Of a stretch of 64,000 nucleotides of DNA, positions 29,509 to 38,899 are shown in pieces. Location of the stretch: assembly GCA_011364965.1 (NCBI GenBank), contig RDOB01000004.1, positions 1-64,000 on the forward strand. Reading direction: 5' to 3'. The position numbers and the translations under genes are program-made. A model generated the notes under the pieces. It saw only the letters and a list, made by a program, of their open reading frames with translations. It had not been told where the DNA came from and made no database searches. The first letter of the stretch is position 1. Every line of letters begins with the position of its first letter. This DNA is from Candidatus Heimdallarchaeota archaeon. Lineage in GTDB: Archaea; Asgardarchaeota; Heimdallarchaeia; Hodarchaeales; Hodarchaeaceae.

Positions 29509-29857
29509 GGAGCAGTAGGCCGGCTGAGTTAGCGGCTCAGCTACAACGTAACGCTAGATGACGGGCTTAATTCCAGAATTGAGGCATCGAAACCTAGAGA
29601 GGTTTCTTGGTTAGCTGTAATGATGTACCTCCCTTCATGGTGGCTTCTTGCTGAGATTCTTCTGGAGAGAAGAATAAGAATGGAAGGTCAAAATGGGCTA
29701 GGCTGGGATCAGCTAGCTAACAAAGCAAGACAATTTGGCTATCTGCCAGAAACAGAGCAACCCTAAGGCCGTGAGGTTACGCTTGAAGGTTCAGGGTATT
29801 GAACACTGCCAAGTTCGGCCGATCTGGTGTGAACTTGTCGACACTCTGGTCTGCTCC
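29509..29857 (+). ncRNA. ffs: Archaeal SRP (7S) RNA, intron-containing precursor
   Basis: Terminal helix GGAGCAG (29509-15)/CTGCTCC (29851-57). Alu-like start TAGGCCGG. Helix 6 ATTCTTCT-GGAG-AGAAGAAT (29656-75) with GNAR loop. Helix 8 arms GGGCTAGGCTG and CAGAGCAACCC. Length without the insertion is 306 nt. Confidence 0.9.
29709..29751 (+). other. 43-nt bulge-helix-bulge (BHB) intron in SRP RNA helix 8
   Basis: Central helix CTGG(29703-06)/CCAG(29746-49), 3-nt bulges GAT(29707-09) and AAA(29750-52), and an intron stem. Splicing gives CTG-GGAA-CAG. Confidence 0.8.
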
Positions 29858-30091
29858 TCTTTAATTATAAAGAATAAGTTAGTTTTAATTTGCTTTTCCC
29901 GTTCGTTTACACTTCAGAGAATAGGTTATTGAAATGAACCAATTCAGCATCTTTAGTCACTTTGTAAAAAAACTAAAGCCTAGCTGTTTTTCTGAACTTT
30001 CTTAAGAGAGAGACCGAATATCTCAAAATAGAGTGTTTAGCAGAATTTCCCAAGATTCTTCGGAGATTATAACTAATAAAGTAAAGTTCCT

Positions 30092-30736
30092 TTGAAGATA
30101 ATGATAAGAAGTTTGAAGTTTATTCCTAAATATTTCAAGAGGTATAGAGAATCGAAAACTGAAGACGAGGTTCCGAAAGATTGGAAGAATCACCTCATTT
30201 CACTTTATTTGATTCGGAATAATGATGGAATCTGTCTATTTTCACATCATTTCCAACTTGCTGCAATATCCCAGATCGAAAACCAGCTAATAGGTATGGG
30301 ATTTTCCGCAATATCCAAAATGATGCGTGAAGTCGTGGATAAATCAGCTCAACTCTCTTTAATTGATTTGGGAGAAAAAAAAGTCTTAATCGAGCATCAA
30401 CCAAAAATATTGGCAGTATTGATTACCACTTTTGACCTGAAACATATTCGTAACAAACTTAGAGAATTTGCAATATATTTTGAGCGAATGTTTGAGTTAC
30501 AACAAAGAATAAGTTTAGTAACACACGTTTGCCCAGAAGATTATGCTCTCGCGTCTGAATTAGTTTCATTTATTTTTAATGACCATCCCTCCCGTGTGTT
30601 GGAGATTGTTCCCCTAATCTTTAAGTCAATTCGTATGGATAAAGGGGGAGGAAGTCAATTTTCTTTCAATAAAAAGAAGGAAAATTGGTTTAACTCAAAT
30701 GCCAAGGTAGCTGAAATCCACGAGAAAGGAATGTAA
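30092..30736 (+). CDS. Longin-like domain protein
   Basis: SLYLIRNNDGICLFSHHF...QLIGMGFSAI..MM.E...L.LI..GEKKVLIE...FERMF. Confidence 0.65.
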   Translation: MKIMIRSLKFIPKYFKRYRESKTEDEVPKDWKNHLISLYLIRNNDGICLFSHHFQLAAISQIENQLIGMGFSAISKMMREVVDKSAQLSLIDLGEKKVLIEHQPKILAVLITTFDLKHIRNKLREFAIYFERMFELQQRISLVTHVCPEDYALASELVSFIFNDHPSRVLEIVPLIFKSIRMDKGGGSQFSFNKKKENWFNSNAKVAEIHEKGM

Positions 30737-30950
30737 AGTCATAGATATCTCTCCTTCAAGAATGATAAGAAAATAGATATCCATAATATTTCCTTTAATT
30801 CTAAAAACCGCAATCTAGCCCTCTTAATAAGGTAGCAGGCGGAATTAACAGATATTACAGTATTTTGGGCCTTTTGTACTTCTTAATGCATAGAGGAAAA
30901 GGTTTTTATACTACCAACAACACAAACAACATGGGCAACACCAACTTAAT

Positions 30951-31253
30951 TTGGTGAGGAAAGACGTGTTAGAACTCCAGCATAAAGAAAATGAAGAATT
31001 AAATGAACTAAATAAGATATCCATCTCTTTGGAGGAGCTATCCATTCCTCAAAGTGCAAAAAAGGTTTATGAAATATTAATTAGTGAAGGACCTCTTACT
31101 TCAGGCGATCTTGAAGATCGATGTACTTATTCTGACCGAACAATTAGAAATGCACTAAAACATTTAATGAAAATAGGATTAGTTCGAAAAGTGGCGAACT
31201 TTAGTGACATGAGGACATCCCTCTTTCATGCTCACTTTGGAACCGTCGCTTAA
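30951..31253 (+). CDS. Winged-HTH transcriptional regulator
   Basis: SAKKVYEIL..EGPLT..DL......RTIRNALK.L...GLV......DMR; TATA-like TTTTATA near 30904. Confidence 0.85.
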   Translation: MVRKDVLELQHKENEELNELNKISISLEELSIPQSAKKVYEILISEGPLTSGDLEDRCTYSDRTIRNALKHLMKIGLVRKVANFSDMRTSLFHAHFGTVA

Positions 31254-31498
31254 CCCTTTTCAATTTAATACAACGGATATTGTCTTTCTTCTTCTCCTAA
31301 CATTCTTAATCAATATTATATAACCCTATCTCATTCTTCTATATCTCTATTCTTTGCTTCTGTTATTTATGGAGCTCAGTTATAGGTTTTTTTTTCATAG
31401 AAACACAGAAAAAAGGACTATAATCAAGAATTACGCAAAAATTAGGACATTTGGGAAATTTTTACAAAAAATAAATGGCTTAAGGAGAGAAAAATTGT

Positions 31499-32116
31499 TT
31501 AGCTCGTCTGATTTTCAAGAATCCAAGGAATTCCTAGCTGTTCAACTAGAACTTCCCAGAAAAATGTAAGAGGGAATCCAATTACGTTATAATAGTCGCC
31601 TATAATCTCTTCCACCAAAATAGCTCCAAGACCTTGAATTGCATAGCTACCTGCTTTGTTCCACCATTCCCCTTTTTCCAAATAAAAATTAATTTCATTT
31701 GTTGTGAGATTCCTAAATTTTACTAAAGTTGACACGATTTTCTGTTTAATCTGCATAGTAGGATAATTAATGATTGTAAAACCTGTTAGAACAGTATGAA
31801 TGTTTCCTGAAAGTGAATAAAGCATATTAGATGCATCTTGTCTGTTTTTTGGTTTCCCTATAATGGTTTGAAATGGATCCATGACCACAGTGTCGCAACC
31901 AATGACTATGAACGCATCATACCTTTTTGAAGCTACTTCTACAACTCTTTCAGCTTTTTTCTCTGATAAGTTTAACACAAATTGTCGTGGATCTAATTCA
32001 GATATTATTTCATCAATCTCACTAGGAATAATGATGAAAGGAATGTTTAATTGACTTAATACTGCAGCTCGTGCAGGAGATTTTGAAGCTAAGATAAGGA
32101 TTGGATTGGAAACCAT
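31499..32116 (-). CDS. maf: Maf-family nucleoside triphosphate pyrophosphatase
   Basis: ILASKSPAR, IGCDTVV, IGKP, KAGSYAIQG, GDYYNVIG. Confidence 0.93.
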   Translation of the reverse strand: MVSNPILILASKSPARAAVLSQLNIPFIIIPSEIDEIISELDPRQFVLNLSEKKAERVVEVASKRYDAFIVIGCDTVVMDPFQTIIGKPKNRQDASNMLYSLSGNIHTVLTGFTIINYPTMQIKQKIVSTLVKFRNLTTNEINFYLEKGEWWNKAGSYAIQGLGAILVEEIIGDYYNVIGFPLTFFWEVLVEQLGIPWILENQTS

Positions 32117-32208
32117 TGTTATTCAGCTCAAATAAATCGAATACTAACCCTAGAAATTAACTATTTAGTCTTCACATTGCTTGAACGCAAAAGGTCTTAA
32201 AGGGGCTA

Positions 32209-33459
32209 GTGTTTCTCGGGCAAATTAGGAATAATTTACTTTTTACTCAAAAGGATCAGATTAAAAGAATGCCTACTAGTAATTTAAATCGACATTTAGG
32301 CAAAATCTCTTCTCGTATGACTCAAATTCAACCTTCGGGTTTACGAGAGTTATTTGATCTAGAACATAAAATTGCCAAATCCTCCTCCAATACAATTCTT
32401 TCTTTTGGATTAGGAAATCTCAATATCCCCACACTTTCAGAAATAATTGAAGAAATGAAAATTGTATTAGATAATCCAGTCTCTCATAGATATTCTTCAA
32501 ATGCAGGAATTCTAGCTTTGCGTGAAGCCTTATCGGAAAGATATTTTTCCAAATATCAGCTTGAATATACCACAGAACAGATACTTGTAACTGGAGGTTC
32601 TTTAGAGGCGCTATTTGATGTATTTATTGCCCTCTTAGATCCTGGAGATGAAGTTCTAATTCAAGATCCAACCTTTAACCCCTATTACTCTAATCAGATA
32701 ACTATTGCGGGAGGAAGAGTAAAACCTATTAAATTAAATGAGAAATTTCAGCTTGACCCGGAAAGTATCATTGAATCCCTAACTCCGAAAACTAAAGCAA
32801 TATTACTCAATTTTCCTAGTAATCCTACTGGTAGCGTAATGACTCGTTCTCAGATAAAAGATGTTGTTGAAACCGCGGCTGATAATAAAATTGTGGTTAT
32901 ATCGGATGAAGCATATGAGGATATTGTTTATGATAAGCATAAACATACATGTGCGGCTGAAATCGATTATGAAAATGTAATTGTTATTTCTTCGTTCTCT
33001 AAAACGTTTTCAATGACTGGATTTAGATTAGGGTATGTTTTAGGTATCCAAGAACTAATCAAACCGATCTCATTGGTACATCAACAAAATACAGCCTGTG
33101 CAAATACCCCAAGTCAAATGGCAGCAATTAAAGCTCTGCATCTTCATCCATCGATCCGTGATCCGATGATGCTTGAATTAAATAAACGGAGAAAGGAAAC
33201 AATTAAAGTTTTTACCTCAATTGAGGGAATTTCACTCCAAAATGATCCTTTAGGGGCCTTTTATATTTTCCCGAATGTTTCTGATACTGGAATGAATGGA
33301 GATGAATTTTCCAAATTTTTACTTGAAAAATGCCAAGTTGTTGTAGTTCCTGGAAGTGGATTTGGAAATACAACAAAAGATTTTGTACGAGTATCATATG
33401 GCTTTTTAAATCCAGAGGAGATCCAAGAAGCAGGTTCTCGAATCAAATCATTAATATAA
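32209..33459 (+). CDS. PLP-dependent aminotransferase class I/II
   Basis: NFPSNPTG, SDEAY, SFSKTFSMTGFRLG, GAFY, PGSGFG. The true start is probably ATG 32269. Confidence 0.92.
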   Translation: MFLGQIRNNLLFTQKDQIKRMPTSNLNRHLGKISSRMTQIQPSGLRELFDLEHKIAKSSSNTILSFGLGNLNIPTLSEIIEEMKIVLDNPVSHRYSSNAGILALREALSERYFSKYQLEYTTEQILVTGGSLEALFDVFIALLDPGDEVLIQDPTFNPYYSNQITIAGGRVKPIKLNEKFQLDPESIIESLTPKTKAILLNFPSNPTGSVMTRSQIKDVVETAADNKIVVISDEAYEDIVYDKHKHTCAAEIDYENVIVISSFSKTFSMTGFRLGYVLGIQELIKPISLVHQQNTACANTPSQMAAIKALHLHPSIRDPMMLELNKRRKETIKVFTSIEGISLQNDPLGAFYIFPNVSDTGMNGDEFSKFLLEKCQVVVVPGSGFGNTTKDFVRVSYGFLNPEEIQEAGSRIKSLI

Positions 33460-33460
33460 A

Positions 33461-34855
33461 GTGTTACAAATGACTAAACTAGATAGAAGACTCCCTCCAC
33501 CTCCTTTCAAAATCAAAGTAGTGGAACCTATTAAAATTATTCCTCAAAAAGAACGCAAATTGAGCTTAGAAGCTGCAGGATACAATATATTCAATGTAGC
33601 ATCGGAAAATGTCTATATCGATTTATTAACAGACTCAGGTACCTCTGCGATGTCTGATTTCCAATGGGCAGGACTTCTTCAGGGAGACGAAGCATATGCT
33701 CAATGTAAGAACTTTTTCCATCTTGAAAAAGTCATTAAGGAAATAACAGGCTATAAATATGTAATTCCGACTCATCAGGGTCGTAGCGCTGAAAATTTGA
33801 TATGTTTTGCTTATAATCTCAATAATGCCAAAATGGCGGTATCTAATCAATTTTTCGACACAACAAAAGCTAATATTGAAACCACAGGAGCGAAAACATT
33901 AGATCTTGTTATCCATGAAGCTTATGATACATCTTTAGTATTGGATTTCAAAGGAAATTTGGATACTAATGCATTGAAAAACACAATTGAAAAATATGAA
34001 AATATTGCCCTTATTGTATTAACTATTACCAATAACACAGGGGGAGGACAACCTGTTTCAATGAAAAATATAGCAGAAGTATCTAAAATAGCTAAATCTA
34101 ATAATATACCATTTATTTTGGATGCTGCAAGATTTGCGGAAAATGCATATTTCATTAAACTTCGTGAGAAAGGATATGGAGAAAAAACCCCAAGAGCTAT
34201 TGCGCGCGAGATGTTTTCCTATGCTGATGGTTGTATGGTAAGCGCAAAAAAAGATGGATTGGTTAATATTGGAGGATTCATCGCACTTAACGATGAGAAC
34301 ATGTTTAACAAAATTAAAGAACGTATGGTCATAATTGAAGGTTTCCCAACGTATGGAGGACTGGCAGGAAGGGATTTAGAGGCTATGGCTCGAGGATTAG
34401 AGGAAGTTCTATCAGAAGATTACCTAGAATACAGATATAATCAACTACAATATCTAGGTAACTCTCTCGCTGAGTTTGGAATCCCAGTTCTACAGCCGAT
34501 CGGGGGACATTCCGTTAATTTGGACGCACTGAAATTTTTACCTCATATCCCTCAATCGCAATTTCCAGCATGGGCTCTTGTAAATACTCTTTATGAGAGA
34601 TATGGAATAAGAGCTGTTGAGCTAGGATCAGTGATGTTTGCTAGGAAGGAAAACAATATTTGGATTTATCCTAAACTTGAACTTGTTAGATTGGCAATTC
34701 CTCGTCGAGTATACTCACAGGAACATCTAAATTATGTAATTGACTCTATCGTTGATTTATACCAGCATGGATCAGAAATTTCGGGTTATGAAATCACATA
34801 TGATCCTGGGGTACTTAGGCATTTTAATGCACGATTTAAACCTATTGTAAAATAG
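33461..34855 (+). CDS. tnaA: Tryptophanase (beta-eliminating lyase)
   Basis: IDLLTDSGT, THQGR.AE, GGQPVS, SAKKD, YGGLAGRD. SAKKD and LRHF favour tryptophanase over tyrosine phenol-lyase (SGKKD, LRFF). Confidence 0.85.
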   Translation: MLQMTKLDRRLPPPPFKIKVVEPIKIIPQKERKLSLEAAGYNIFNVASENVYIDLLTDSGTSAMSDFQWAGLLQGDEAYAQCKNFFHLEKVIKEITGYKYVIPTHQGRSAENLICFAYNLNNAKMAVSNQFFDTTKANIETTGAKTLDLVIHEAYDTSLVLDFKGNLDTNALKNTIEKYENIALIVLTITNNTGGGQPVSMKNIAEVSKIAKSNNIPFILDAARFAENAYFIKLREKGYGEKTPRAIAREMFSYADGCMVSAKKDGLVNIGGFIALNDENMFNKIKERMVIIEGFPTYGGLAGRDLEAMARGLEEVLSEDYLEYRYNQLQYLGNSLAEFGIPVLQPIGGHSVNLDALKFLPHIPQSQFPAWALVNTLYERYGIRAVELGSVMFARKENNIWIYPKLELVRLAIPRRVYSQEHLNYVIDSIVDLYQHGSEISGYEITYDPGVLRHFNARFKPIVK

Positions 34856-34943
34856 AAAGAGGTTTCAAGGAGAGGAAACTCTCCAAAAACCGTATAACAA
34901 CGAGAACTCCAATCTCCCATGCATTCTCGTGGCAATTTGGTAT

Positions 34944-35156
34944 TTAGGCAATTAGACGACGTGATAGGTAGTCAGATAGTTTTTTACTACGTGGAATTTT
35001 AGTGACAAAAGCATCCATACCGCATTCTCCACATTTTAATCGAAGAGTGCTATGGTTAACGATGGTTGTAATACTATGAGTTTGACACCAAGGGCACACG
35101 AGTTCCATTTCTGCCTGATGATGTAAATCAACATTTTCTTCAATTTCGATGGTCAT
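34944..35156 (-). CDS. Small zinc-ribbon protein
   Basis: CPWC...CGEC; strong SD GGAGGT at 35163-35168. Confidence 0.75.
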   Translation of the reverse strand: MTIEIEENVDLHHQAEMELVCPWCQTHSITTIVNHSTLRLKCGECGMDAFVTKIPRSKKLSDYLSRRLIA

Positions 35157-35169
35157 TTATTAACCTCCT

Positions 35170-35300
35170 GTCTTTTTCAAGGATGGAAAACTTCCCATTT
35201 CTGGCTTGTTTTCCGATACAGCATGGCTGTATCACACCGAGACACTCTCGGGAAACCCTTTCCTGCACGGAAACGCCACCAACTAGAAGCTAGTAGCGGG
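35170..35300 (-). promoter_or_regulatory. Structured GC-enriched 5' leader (putative cis-regulatory RNA)
   Basis: Consecutive inverted repeats at 35185-35214, 35215-35233, 35237-35251 and 35259-35273; TATA-like TTTTTATAG on the minus strand at about 35322-35330. Confidence 0.45.
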
Positions 35301-35517
35301 ATTAGAATCTTACTTTTATCACTATAAAAACATTCTGATAAGTAATATTGTAAGAATTTACAAAATGTATATTATTTGAAGAATTATGAAATGTATTTGT
35401 CGGACGGGTTTTAAAAAAACCTTGATCAAGTTGTATTCTAGTTGAAATAAAATATTATCAGGCTTATACATATAATATTAATTCTATTCAAAACACATAA
35501 CACAACACTTTATAGGA

Positions 35518-36714
35518 ATGAATGTGGATTCAGTGAGTTCAGATGAAAATATAAATCAAATTGGATGCAAATTTGCATTGGTAGGACCTGAATTAAAATT
35601 ACAAAAAAATGTTATTCTAGAATTAAATGAAAATGGAACTATTTTAAAAATTACTCCTAATGCGAACATAAAAAGAAGATCTGCTAATGTCAGCTTTCCA
35701 CACCACTTAATTATACCTAAGCTAATAAATTCGCATATTCATCTGGGGGATAGTGCATTAAAAGACCAAGCATTTAATTTATCTTTAGATGAAGCGGTAG
35801 GGAAAACAGGACTTAAATATCAAGTAAATTCCTACTCAAAATCTGAAAGGATTGCTGCAATGAAAAATTCAATTAAAGAAATGATTTATTCAGGAACTTC
35901 AACCTGCTTAGATTTTCGAGAAGGAGGAATTGAGGGAATTAAAGAATTAATTGTAGCAAAGGAAAACTTACCTATTAATATTCAATGTTTTGGTAGATTT
36001 AACAATTCTAAAATCTTAATTGATGAAATTAGTTTATATAATGGTCTTGGCTTGTCAACTCCGATCGATTATACACTTAAGGAAATGGAGAAATTAAAAC
36101 TAATTTCTCAAGAGAACAATCTTGCTATAGCTACCCATATTGGAGAAAATGAAATGGTGATTAGCGAAGCTACGAATCAATTTGGGGATTCAGATCTTAA
36201 CATCGCTCTAAATTATTTAGATCCCAAAATTTTGGTTCATTTAATCGTTACTAGTGAAGCAGACAGAAAAAAAATCCCTAAATCTAAGTTCTTGGTATTC
36301 TGTCCAAGAGCAAATGCGTATTTTGGTCTAGGGTTTCCTCCAGTTGATTATTTCGTTCAAGCAGGATATAAAATTGGATTAGGAACCGATAACGTCATGA
36401 TTACATCTCCAAATATAATTGAAGAATTAAAATGGACATTATTGAGATTAAGGGAGAAAAAGTTATTTCTGGATCCTATTGAAGCATTAAAAATGATAAC
36501 AATTAATCCAGCTTTTAATTTAAATATCAATTCAGGTTGCTTGTATCCAAATTTCAGCGGAGATGCTTTGATAGTCAACTTAAAGACAGCAAGGACAAAT
36601 TTTAGTGAAGATCCTATTAAAAATCTTCTATTTAGAGCCCAATTCCCTTCAGATATCGATATGAATCTCTTTCATGGGAAACAAATTGGAAATGAAGAAA
36701 TTGCTTGTAAATAA
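35518..36714 (+). CDS. Metal-dependent amidohydrolase/deaminase
   Basis: P.LINSHIHLGDS, DFREGG, THIGE, VH, CPRAN, GLGTDN, T.NPA. Confidence 0.88.
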   Translation: MNVDSVSSDENINQIGCKFALVGPELKLQKNVILELNENGTILKITPNANIKRRSANVSFPHHLIIPKLINSHIHLGDSALKDQAFNLSLDEAVGKTGLKYQVNSYSKSERIAAMKNSIKEMIYSGTSTCLDFREGGIEGIKELIVAKENLPINIQCFGRFNNSKILIDEISLYNGLGLSTPIDYTLKEMEKLKLISQENNLAIATHIGENEMVISEATNQFGDSDLNIALNYLDPKILVHLIVTSEADRKKIPKSKFLVFCPRANAYFGLGFPPVDYFVQAGYKIGLGTDNVMITSPNIIEELKWTLLRLREKKLFLDPIEALKMITINPAFNLNINSGCLYPNFSGDALIVNLKTARTNFSEDPIKNLLFRAQFPSDIDMNLFHGKQIGNEEIACK

Positions 36715-37396
36715 ACCCTGGGTAATACTTTCTGCAGCCATTAGTCTAGATGGAAAAATTTCCACCTTGTATGAAAATTCAGAGCTTTCAAATCTTGAGG
36801 ATTGGAGTCGAGTCCATAAACTTAGAGCTAATTCAGACGCAATTATGGTGGGAAGTGGAACTATACGAACAGATAATTCCAAACTTACTGTGAAAGATGA
36901 ATTAATCGGAAGAAAACCTAAAAACCATCCTATCCGCATTGTTGTTAGTTCTAGGGGAGATCTTCCCTTTGATGCCCGTATATTTACAAATATTCCAGAA
37001 AATCCTTTAACGATATTAGCTACAACTAAACTTTGCCCTACTAATGTTAAAAAGAAGTTTGAGAATCTGGGTGTTGAGGTTCTCATTTGTGGAGATGGAC
37101 CTTTAACTGATTTGCCTCTGTTATTAGAAAAACTCTACATTGACTACAATATTAGAAATTTGATGGTAGAAGGGGGAAGTAAGTTGAATGGGAGTTTATT
37201 GGAGCAAAAATTAATAGATGAAGTTCAACTCGCAATAGCTCCAGTCATTTGTGGAGAAGGTATTCCTCTTTTTTCTTTAAAACAGCCTATCGAAAATTTC
37301 TCAGAATCCCCCACGTTCTCCTTTCAAAATTTAAAGTCTATTGGAGATATGATTTGGATCAGGATTCTCATAGATTATAAAAAAAGGGAAGTGTAA
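36692..37396 (+). CDS. RibD C-terminal-type pyrimidine reductase (ArfC-like)
   Basis: A.SLDGKI, VH.LRA.SDAIMVG.GT...DN..LT, P.RIVV, LMVEGG..L, AP...G; no deaminase domain. ATG 36692 preferred over 36674. Confidence 0.88.
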   Translation: MKKLLVNKPWVILSAAISLDGKISTLYENSELSNLEDWSRVHKLRANSDAIMVGSGTIRTDNSKLTVKDELIGRKPKNHPIRIVVSSRGDLPFDARIFTNIPENPLTILATTKLCPTNVKKKFENLGVEVLICGDGPLTDLPLLLEKLYIDYNIRNLMVEGGSKLNGSLLEQKLIDEVQLAIAPVICGEGIPLFSLKQPIENFSESPTFSFQNLKSIGDMIWIRILIDYKKREV

Positions 37397-37433
37397 TCCT
37401 TCCCATTGGTTTTCAAATGATAAAATTGATCCC

Positions 37434-38390
37434 CTATATAAATGAAGAAGCTGCAAAAAGAGAAATAAATGTCAAAATATATGGGATAATTGCATAAATT
37501 AGTGCAATGAATATAGCATGAGATCCTTGATTATCAATGGCTTTAGCAGCAAAATATATTAGAATAACACCTAACAGATGAAAGATTATTCCCAAAACGA
37601 AAAATATAATTCCTGTCTCCCCAGAAGTTCCAATTGTATCGATTGCAATTAAGTCAGCACTACTATTGACAGTTAGAGTCATTGGTTCAATAAAAAAAGC
37701 ATAATATGCTAGATTGAATATCTCTTCTATTATTGAAGGGAGATAGGTCCAACCTATGATTGTTGCCGCAGTTTTAAAATTTCTTTGATATGACGGGATT
37801 GAGGATGAAATAATTGCAAATAGTCCCCAAAGAATTAAGGAATTAATAATCCATTCAAATAAAAAATTCAATGGAGCCGTGAAAGCCCCTAGTAGTAAAG
37901 AAAATTGCATTATATCAGCAAGTGTACTAGGATCAAGAGGTCCAGATGGATCCATCCCCATACTTTCAAAGAAAGCGGATGAAAAAGTTATGTTCATTTT
38001 ACTAAAGAGAATATATGATGCAAAACCACCAATTAACCCTACTATAACAATCAAAATGATTGGTTGTCCTAGATTTGGCCTTTTTGCGATTTCTGCCATT
38101 TCTTTTTGAGGTGCTGTGATTACTCCACGGAAATGTTGGAGAAACGGAAGGGGTGGTTCTCTTCTATCCCCATATTGATAAGGAAAACTTCTTCCTGAAT
38201 CATATGGAATCGTTGAAATTCTGCTAGAATCAGAATATGAAGAGGACGGAGTTTTGATTACACCTTGTGAGTCGATTTGGGGAACTTTTTCCCCACAATA
38301 AGCGCAGAATGTAGCATTCTGGAGAATTTCCTTACCACAATTTCCACAATATCTTGGTGATTGAAAGTGAGAATTCAATATTCTAAACAT
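37434..38390 (-). CDS. Zinc-ribbon plus Yip1-domain membrane protein
   Basis: CGNCG...FCAYCG, then 'V..AP......I' and about 5 TM helices including F......GW..LP, as in Yip1. Confidence 0.75.
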   Translation of the reverse strand: MFRILNSHFQSPRYCGNCGKEILQNATFCAYCGEKVPQIDSQGVIKTPSSSYSDSSRISTIPYDSGRSFPYQYGDRREPPLPFLQHFRGVITAPQKEMAEIAKRPNLGQPIILIVIVGLIGGFASYILFSKMNITFSSAFFESMGMDPSGPLDPSTLADIMQFSLLLGAFTAPLNFLFEWIINSLILWGLFAIISSSIPSYQRNFKTAATIIGWTYLPSIIEEIFNLAYYAFFIEPMTLTVNSSADLIAIDTIGTSGETGIIFFVLGIIFHLLGVILIYFAAKAIDNQGSHAIFIALIYAIIPYILTFISLFAASSFI

Positions 38391-38576
38391 CCTTTAAAAT
38401 TATGCTTTGAAGTATAGTTGAATATTTTCTTCTGTGAAATAAAAGTGTTGTTTTTACAGAAAGCATAATGTTAATTTCAAAAGAAAACAAAAAAATAATT
38501 CAATTAAGAGATTATTGTTTTTAAAAGAAAAGAAAGCATAATAGAAAGAGGTATAGGATATTTAATGGAAAAAAGC

Positions 38577-38891
38577 TTATGATCGATCCTTTAGCACAAC
38601 AATTGTAAAACTTGCTGCCTCATCAGGGGTAATTATCAATTCTGATTGGGGCATTTCTATATAAACGCTTTGAAGCTTCCCGTGATTTAAAGCATCAGAC
38701 ACACTTCTGACTTTTTTCACCAAAGATGCAACATGGGCTGATACTCGTTCAGCATCGGATTGTGGTAGGTTACTTTGTAGTGGCAATCCATCTTCATCAC
38801 ATACAAGGATTCCTTTCACTCCACGTCGGGCTGCAAGTCGTTTAATCGTATTTTGAAGAACTGAAGGTATTACATATTCATCATTGGACAT
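38577..38891 (-). CDS. Roadblock/LC7 protein (dynein light chain roadblock-like)
   Basis: TIKRL..RRGVKGILVCDEDGLPLQSNL...ELIITPD..FTIVVL. Confidence 0.92.
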   Translation of the reverse strand: MSNDEYVIPSVLQNTIKRLAARRGVKGILVCDEDGLPLQSNLPQSDAERVSAHVASLVKKVRSVSDALNHGKLQSVYIEMPQSELIITPDEAASFTIVVLKDRS

Positions 38892-38899
38892 TTTATCAC

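Noticed and set aside
29509-29857. RNase P RNA or a tRNA as the identity of the GC-rich island
   Set aside because: There is no GAGGAAAGTCC/P4 motif and no cloverleaf. The helix 6 and 8 motifs and the terminal helix fit SRP RNA.
29735-29932. 65-aa ORF from the track
   Set aside because: It overlaps the SRP RNA intron and 3' half and has no protein motif.
34860-34943. SECIS element / selenoprotein
   Set aside because: The flanking genes end in TAG and TAA with no in-frame TGA, and the hairpins lack a recognisable SECIS core.
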